Positions 58,446-64,000 of a stretch of DNA of 64,000 nt are shown piece by piece. This DNA is from an uncultured Solirubrobacteraceae bacterium (GTDB lineage Bacteria; Actinomycetota; Thermoleophilia; Solirubrobacterales; Solirubrobacteraceae): positions 32,001-96,000 of the forward strand of contig CAZPQW010000009.1 in NCBI GenBank assembly GCA_964588985.1, in the 5' to 3' direction. A model generated the notes under the pieces. It searched no databases. It worked only from the letters and a program-made list of their open reading frames with translations, and was not told the origin of the DNA. Both the position numbers and the translations under genes were made by a program. Every line of letters starts with the position of its first letter. Positions within the stretch are counted from its first letter, which is position 1.

Positions 58446-58964
58446 ATGGCTGCCAGCGACCCACATCCGCTCTCCGACCGCCCCTCACGGGAGGCGCCCG
58501 AGTGCCTGCCCGCGCAGGCGCTGCTCGTGCGCCTGGACGAGGAGATCCACCGCGCCGAGCGCCACGGCACGCGCTTGAGCTGCCTGCTGGTGGCGATCGA
58601 CGAGCTCGATGAGATGGCGCCGGCGCAGAGCGAGGAGCTGCGCGAGCAGACCCTCGCGTACGTCTCCTCCGCGCTCGGCCGCGAGCTGCGCCGCTTCGAC
58701 CGGGTCGGGCGCCCGAGCGAGCGCGAGCTGGCGATCGTGCTGCCGGGGGCGGACGGGCCGCAGGGCGAGATCGTCGCGCGCCGCGTGCTCGAGAGACTGC
58801 GCACGATCAAGGTGGAAGTACACGGCGAGCGCATCGCGCTGACTGTGTCGGTGGGGCTGGCCGCGTGGCGGGAGGGCACGGACGCAGAGGAGCTGCTGCG
58901 GCGCACGCGTGCCGCGGCGCACCTGGGGCACGGCGAGGAGCTCACGCCCCTCGCGCCTTCATAA
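58446..58964 (+). CDS. Degenerate stand-alone GGDEF-fold protein
   Basis: EIHRAERH..LSCLLVAID, LRRFD.VGR, TVSVG; signature replaced by SERE. Confidence 0.8.
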   Translation: MAASDPHPLSDRPSREAPECLPAQALLVRLDEEIHRAERHGTRLSCLLVAIDELDEMAPAQSEELREQTLAYVSSALGRELRRFDRVGRPSERELAIVLPGADGPQGEIVARRVLERLRTIKVEVHGERIALTVSVGLAAWREGTDAEELLRRTRAAAHLGHGEELTPLAPS

Positions 58965-58973
58965 TCCCTTCCA

Positions 58974-60122
58974 GTGCTCTCCGGATCAGAGTTGTGGCTG
59001 CTGCGCCTGATGGCCGATCGCGGGCTCGCGCTGCTCGACGCGAGCACGCTGCTGGTGGTGATCGAGGAGCGCGGCGAGCTGCGCGTGGCGGCCGCCAGCG
59101 GGGCCGGGACGCCCCGCCTGCGGATCATGCCCGTGGAGGGCAGTGCGCTCGGAGCGGTCTACCAGGCGGGCAAGCCGGTGGCGCTCGAGCGACCGCGCGG
59201 CCAGGAGGCGGCGTGGCTGCACGAACTGGGGTTGGAGGCGCGCGCGGTGCTGATCGAGCCGCTGAGCATGGAGGGCCAGGGCGGAGGCCTGATCGTCGCG
59301 CTGCGCAGCGACGGCAGCTTCCGTGGACCGGACCGCGACGCGTTGAGCGCGTTCGCTTCGAGCGTCTCACAGCGCCTCGCCGCGGAGCGCTCGGTGGAGA
59401 TCGAACGGCTGCGCTACGGCATGGAGGCGCGCGAGCGCGAGCGCACCCGCTGGGCGCGTGAGATCCACGACGAGAGCATCCAGGGCATCGGCGCGCTGCG
59501 GCTGCAGCTGGCGAACGCGCGCGACCTGGACGACAAGCAGGCGCTCAGCGAGGCGGTCGCGACGGTGCTCGAGGGCCTCGGCACGGAGATCGACCAGCTG
59601 CGCCACCTGATCACCGAGCTTCGCCCCGCGGCGCTCGACGATCTCGGCCTCGCCGCCGCGCTGGAGGCGCTCGCGAGGCGCGCACAGGCGATCGACGGGC
59701 TGGAAGTGAAGACGGAGATCGCGCTGGGCGCGAACGGCGCGACGGCCGCTGGAGGCGATCTCGAGGAGATGCGCCGCCTGGACGCGGAGCTCGAGAGCAC
59801 CGTCTACCGGATCGTCCAGGAGGCGCTCACGAACGTCAGCCGCCACGCGCAGGCGACGAGCGCGGTGGTGAGCGTGGTCGAGCGCGACGGGGTGCTGCGA
59901 GCGTCGGTGACCGACGACGGGCAGGGCATGCCCGACTCGAGCCGCCTCGGGCCCCGCGGCGACGGGCTGGAGGGCGGCTTCGGGATGGGCGGTATGCGCG
60001 AGCGCGCCGAGCTGGTGGGCGGAGAGCTCGAGTTCATGCCGGCGCCCGGCAAAGGCACCACGGTCCGTCTGACGGTGCCGCTCGCCGGCCGTCCCAGCGC
60101 GGCGCACCAGCTGCTTTTCTAA
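58974..60122 (+). CDS. GAF-domain sensor histidine kinase (HisKA_3)
   Basis: WAREIHDE H-box, LRPAALDDLGL, QEALTN..RHA, DDGQG, GFGMGGMRER. Confidence 0.92.
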   Translation: MLSGSELWLLRLMADRGLALLDASTLLVVIEERGELRVAAASGAGTPRLRIMPVEGSALGAVYQAGKPVALERPRGQEAAWLHELGLEARAVLIEPLSMEGQGGGLIVALRSDGSFRGPDRDALSAFASSVSQRLAAERSVEIERLRYGMEARERERTRWAREIHDESIQGIGALRLQLANARDLDDKQALSEAVATVLEGLGTEIDQLRHLITELRPAALDDLGLAAALEALARRAQAIDGLEVKTEIALGANGATAAGGDLEEMRRLDAELESTVYRIVQEALTNVSRHAQATSAVVSVVERDGVLRASVTDDGQGMPDSSRLGPRGDGLEGGFGMGGMRERAELVGGELEFMPAPGKGTTVRLTVPLAGRPSAAHQLLF

Positions 60123-61141
60123 GCGGGCTTCTCGCCCTCGGGCTCGTCGTCGTCGCTGCCGGAGCCGTCGCCACGAAGCCATCCGGCGAGCTGCTGCCCG
60201 ACGGAGTTGACCGACTCGCCGGCGTCGCGGAACGCGTCGCGGACCCGCTCGGCGTAGAACGACACCGCCTCGCCGCCGTCGGCGCGCGGGTCGACTGGAT
60301 CGTCGCGGCGCGTGTACTCGCCGGAGCCGACGATGCGGTCGTACTCGCCCGAGCGCACCCACTCCATCAGCTCGTGCGTGCGCTTGACCGGCAGCGGGTG
60401 GGTGACACCGAGGTCGAGCATCAGCCGGGTGAGGCGCTCCAGGCCTCCGCCGCTCTCTTTGTAGTCGAGCCCCTGCCGCATGAACACGTCGAGGTCCAGC
60501 TCGTCGACCATTGTGCCCGCGGCGAGCGACATCAGCGTTCGGCACACGACGAGCGGGTCGCGCGTGACGAGCGCCGCGGCGCGGTCGGCGCTCAGCTCGG
60601 TGGCGCGCCCCCACTCCATCAGCGCGGTGCGGACGGGGGCGAGTGGCAGCGGCAGCCGCGCGGTACGCGTGAGCATCGTGAGGATGAACATCGCCGTGCG
60701 GTAGAGCTGGTGGTCGGCGAGGATGTGCGCGGCCTCGTGGGCGAACACCGCGCGGCGCTGGCGGGCATCGAGCAGCGCGACGAGCTCGGACTGCACCACC
60801 ACGATCGGCTTCGCCGCGCCGATCGCCATCGCGTTGGGCGAGGGGAACTGCGTGAGATACAGGTCGGGCACCTCGCTCATGTCGAGCGTGGTGTAGGCGA
60901 TCGAGTGCTCGCGCCACACATCACCGAGCTGGTCTTCGCCGAGGCGCACCGCCGAGCCGAGGTAGCTCTGGCGCAGCGCGCGCTCATAGCCCAGCTCGAT
61001 CAGCTTCCTGACGACGGTGTCGAGGTAGGGAATCGATCCGAGCGCGGCGGTGGCGGCGCGGTCGGCGGGGTGCTGGAAGGCCCGCGCGGAGATCCCCTTC
61101 AGCTGGTGTCCCTCAACTGGCAGGATCGACTCGGGCGCCAT
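60119..61141 (-). CDS. M48 family metallopeptidase
   Basis: FQHPAD, NAMAIG, HEAAH (HExxH), ELSADR, THP. Confidence 0.92.
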   Translation of the reverse strand: MAPESILPVEGHQLKGISARAFQHPADRAATAALGSIPYLDTVVRKLIELGYERALRQSYLGSAVRLGEDQLGDVWREHSIAYTTLDMSEVPDLYLTQFPSPNAMAIGAAKPIVVVQSELVALLDARQRRAVFAHEAAHILADHQLYRTAMFILTMLTRTARLPLPLAPVRTALMEWGRATELSADRAAALVTRDPLVVCRTLMSLAAGTMVDELDLDVFMRQGLDYKESGGGLERLTRLMLDLGVTHPLPVKRTHELMEWVRSGEYDRIVGSGEYTRRDDPVDPRADGGEAVSFYAERVRDAFRDAGESVNSVGQQLAGWLRGDGSGSDDDEPEGEKPA

Positions 61142-61216
61142 CTACCTAGCGTACCCTCACGGGCGGGGGTCCGGGGACGGGCGCGCGCGAACCGCGTTGA
61201 GGTCCCGTCGGACTGT

Positions 61217-61963
61217 TCAGCTGCCCTTGATGAACTTGCGCCAGTGCGCGAGGCTTTTGCCGGCCGCCTCCAGCGCGAGCACATCATCGCGGAAGCCCGT
61301 GATCGACTCGTCGTAGAGGCGGTCGAGCTTTCCGAAGTTGTCGGCGTCGGCCACCCATCGGCCGTTCTTTTCAACCTCCGCACGAACCTGTGTCGCGAAC
61401 TGACTTCTCGGCGTACCGGGAGGATTCGTCGGCTGCACGACGCGGTGCTTCGCGTCGATCGCCTCCCACCTGGCGTCGCGCTCGCGCGCCAAGCGTTGGG
61501 CGTCGTCTACGTAGAGCCGCATGAGCTTTGGCGATCCCGCAACAACACTGTCCAGCATCCAAGCGACTATCACGACCAACGTTCCGGGGCTGATGACGGA
61601 CTCAGCGGTATGAAAGCGCGCGGTCAAGGGGTCAGCCGACAGGATGTACCAACTCTTGGCCTCAATCTCGAAAATGAAGTTCTCGGGCTTCTGGCGCTCG
61701 ACCAGCAGAATGTCCGGGAAGCCGATCGGATACTTCCTGAACTCGTAGGCTCCGAGACTCCCGTTCTCATCCCAGGTCGTGGACCGGACCCGGTTGAGCA
61801 GCTCCGGAATGCGGTCCTCGACAACGCCGCTGACAAGGGACGCCGCTTTCGAGATGTCCTTTAGATCGCTTGGAAGCGGGAGCCGCAGGTCATCGATGAC
61901 CGTCGCCTCTAGCGCGAGCACCGCCTCGCGAATGGTCTCGGGATCGACTTTGGGAACCGCCAT
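61217..61963 (-). CDS. Putative Type II restriction endonuclease (PD-(D/E)xK)
   Basis: E...FPDILL...FEIEAKSW motif; directly downstream of a DNA methyltransferase; atypical codon use. Confidence 0.75.
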   Translation of the reverse strand: MAVPKVDPETIREAVLALEATVIDDLRLPLPSDLKDISKAASLVSGVVEDRIPELLNRVRSTTWDENGSLGAYEFRKYPIGFPDILLVERQKPENFIFEIEAKSWYILSADPLTARFHTAESVISPGTLVVIVAWMLDSVVAGSPKLMRLYVDDAQRLARERDARWEAIDAKHRVVQPTNPPGTPRSQFATQVRAEVEKNGRWVADADNFGKLDRLYDESITGFRDDVLALEAAGKSLAHWRKFIKGS

Positions 61964-61995
61964 CGGCTCCTGAGGCTAACGCAGGGTCGCCGTCG

Positions 61996-63012
61996 TTAGG
62001 CAGCGGCCACACTGCGAAGCCGGTCGGCCGCGACCTCGAAGAATGCCGGATTGAGCTCCGCACCATAGCCACGACGCTCATCGAGCAGTGACGCAACCAG
62101 GCCAGTGGCCGTCCCGGCAAACGGCTCCCAGACACAATCGCCCGCGTCGGTTGTCCACGCGATCGTCTGCCGCACCAGCGCCAGCGGCTTCTGGTTCATA
62201 TGCGCCGATTTGCCGTTGACCTTAATGCGCTCGGCACCGCGAACCGCGCCGTGGTGCCACACGTTGTGCACATCAGCCGGACAGTGGAACGTCGGGCGTA
62301 GAGCGTCCCACTCGTCGGCAGTCATTGACCTCTCGCCATCCAGGCTGAAATACGGCCGCCCATCGGGATCGCCGTGCGCGTTGGCGTAGTCCGCAAGCCG
62401 CACCAAGAACTCACCCGACGGTGCATACCATAGGTGGCACTCGGTGAACCACTTCCGGGTAGCCGCGTTCTTCACACCCGCAGCCGCGTTCGTAAGCGTC
62501 AGGGGCAGACCGGATCTGCGCCACTCGGCGCGAAGCCACTGCTTCATCGGTAGATGCTCGTTAGCGCCTCCCGCAACCGGGAGCATGACCTTGCGCACGT
62601 ACTGGACACAGACCTCCGTGACTGTCGGGAGCTGCCGCAGCTTCTGCGAGTTCGTATTCCCGGCGATGTGAGACGCACCCTTGTCCCAGATGCAGGCCCG
62701 AACGTACTGCCAGCCCTGGGCCTCTAGAAGCGGATGAACTGTCGCCCAGCCGACCTCGCTACACCAAAACCAGAGCGTCGTGGATGGGTGTGCGTGCCGC
62801 CCCCATGCTTCCACGTGCGGCTGGTAGAACCTGACGAGGGTCGACACGTCGGGCGGGTCTCCGGGGAACGACCTCAACCCGTACGGTCCGTCCGAGATGA
62901 TGGCCTTAGGCGTGGGCCAGCGGTCGTAGTGCCCCAGCGCATCTCCCAAGCACAGCGTGGTGCCCGCAACGCTCACAGGCTTGACCTTGCCTGTTGCTGT
63001 TCGCGCGCTCAT
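61996..63012 (-). CDS. N4/N6 amino DNA methyltransferase (beta class)
   Basis: Motif IV SDGPY near N-terminus, H.NQKP, motif I EPFAGTAT, GAELN; start ATG 63012. Confidence 0.9.
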   Translation of the reverse strand: MSARTATGKVKPVSVAGTTLCLGDALGHYDRWPTPKAIISDGPYGLRSFPGDPPDVSTLVRFYQPHVEAWGRHAHPSTTLWFWCSEVGWATVHPLLEAQGWQYVRACIWDKGASHIAGNTNSQKLRQLPTVTEVCVQYVRKVMLPVAGGANEHLPMKQWLRAEWRRSGLPLTLTNAAAGVKNAATRKWFTECHLWYAPSGEFLVRLADYANAHGDPDGRPYFSLDGERSMTADEWDALRPTFHCPADVHNVWHHGAVRGAERIKVNGKSAHMNQKPLALVRQTIAWTTDAGDCVWEPFAGTATGLVASLLDERRGYGAELNPAFFEVAADRLRSVAAA

Positions 63013-63152
63013 GAGGTATCGACAATAGATGGATAAACGGACGGAGTTAGGCCCATATCCAGCTCCAGCAGGGACGGCGAGAGTATGTCGCCACGCGCTT
63101 CGGTGCGCGGACTGGCCGACGGCTTCTGAGCGGGGCGAGTCAGGGGCGAGAG

Positions 63153-63809
63153 TCAGTCGGCGAGGCCGACGCGGCGCACGTACGCGGTGATCTCGGCGCG
63201 CGAGGAGAAGCCGAGCTTCTCGATGGCTCGGGCGCGGTAGGTCTTGACGGTGCGCTCGGCGACGTTGAGCTGCTCGGCGATCTCGGGGTTGGTGTAGCCG
63301 TTGGCGATCAGCCGCACGACCTCGCGCTCGCGCTCTGAGAGCGCGACGCCGTCGGTGGCGCCGTCCTCGCCGGTGGCCATGAGCGCGCCGAGGCGCGGGT
63401 GCAGGTAGTTGCCGCCGGCGACCGCGAGGCGGAACGCCTGCAGCAGCTCGGCGGGCTCGGCCTCCTTGAGCACGTAGCTGCGTGCGCCCGCGCGCAGCGC
63501 CTGGCGCGCGTACTCGGGGTCCTCGCGCATCGTGAGGATCGCGACCGCGAGCGACGGGTGCGCGATGAAGCAGGACGGCAGCGCCCCGAGGCTCGAGCCT
63601 CCGGGCATGGTGAGGTCGAGCGTGAGCAGGTCCGGCTTGTGCTCGCGCACTTCGCGCACGACCGACGGGATGTCGGCGGCTTCGGCGACGACGCGGAACT
63701 CGCCGGCCTCGCGTTCGAGCACCGCGCGGATGCCGTCGCGGACGACTGTATGGTCGTCGGCGATGATCACGTCGATCGGTCTGGTTACCCCTGGAGTGCC
63801 GTCTTCCAT
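63153..63809 (-). CDS. NarL/FixJ family response regulator
   Basis: ADDH, LDL.MP, LTM, YVLK, LSEREREV...IAEQL...TVKT. Confidence 0.95.
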   Translation of the reverse strand: MEDGTPGVTRPIDVIIADDHTVVRDGIRAVLEREAGEFRVVAEAADIPSVVREVREHKPDLLTLDLTMPGGSSLGALPSCFIAHPSLAVAILTMREDPEYARQALRAGARSYVLKEAEPAELLQAFRLAVAGGNYLHPRLGALMATGEDGATDGVALSEREREVVRLIANGYTNPEIAEQLNVAERTVKTYRARAIEKLGFSSRAEITAYVRRVGLAD

Positions 63810-64000
63810 CAGGCGGACACCGTAGCGGCTTGACAGGACCGATCGCTAGGGCTGCAAGGGACGACACGACCCTGCCCCTTTGGGACGACATGATCGGCAC
63901 CATAAGCCCTACAGACAAACTGCCTAAGAGGACGGATGATCTCCTGCGTGCGTAGCGACGTCGACACCGGTTCCAGCAAGCCATCGCGCCGCGAGCGGCC

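Noticed and set aside
61996-63984. 662-aa ORF suggesting a regulator-methyltransferase fusion
   Set aside because: The upstream half is an alternative frame over the response regulator; the MTase begins at ATG 63012
63936-64000. Possible gene start (AGAGGA...ATG) at the right edge
   Set aside because: Only about 21 codons visible; cannot be supported as a CDS

Overview
High-GC actinobacterial chromosome segment. Gene content and style suggest Thermoleophilia/Solirubrobacterales (inference). Mostly housekeeping: ruvCAB, yebC, phosphomannomutase, pdxST, a FAD-oxidoreductase/DUF1365/cfa lipid operon, acetoacetate-CoA ligase, ppx, recO-dgt-dnaG, ppk2, mutM, deoB, xerD, pyrG, steAB-like genes and recN, plus signalling genes (class III adenylate cyclase, PAS-GGDEF, HDOD-LuxR, GAF kinase, NarL regulator). 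Two tRNA genes (Ile2-CAT, Asn-GTT) anchor accessory DNA. A DUF262+HEPN pair and a DUF2283-type toxin-antitoxin pair sit beside tRNA-Ile2. tRNA-Asn carries two tandem decayed serine-integrase tails with a shared 10-bp att core on its 3' side. On its 5' side is a free-standing HTH-HTH-Zn-HNH endonuclease gene whose stop codon lies in a 22-nt duplicate of the tRNA 5' end; this is the most interesting signal. Other accessory spots are an orphan Xre/MbcA antitoxin, an unannotated promoter-uORF-small membrane peptide unit at 16.4-17.0 kb, and a Type II-like restriction-modification pair. No CRISPR array or rRNA was seen. Family calls come from motif recognition by eye, not from database searches.
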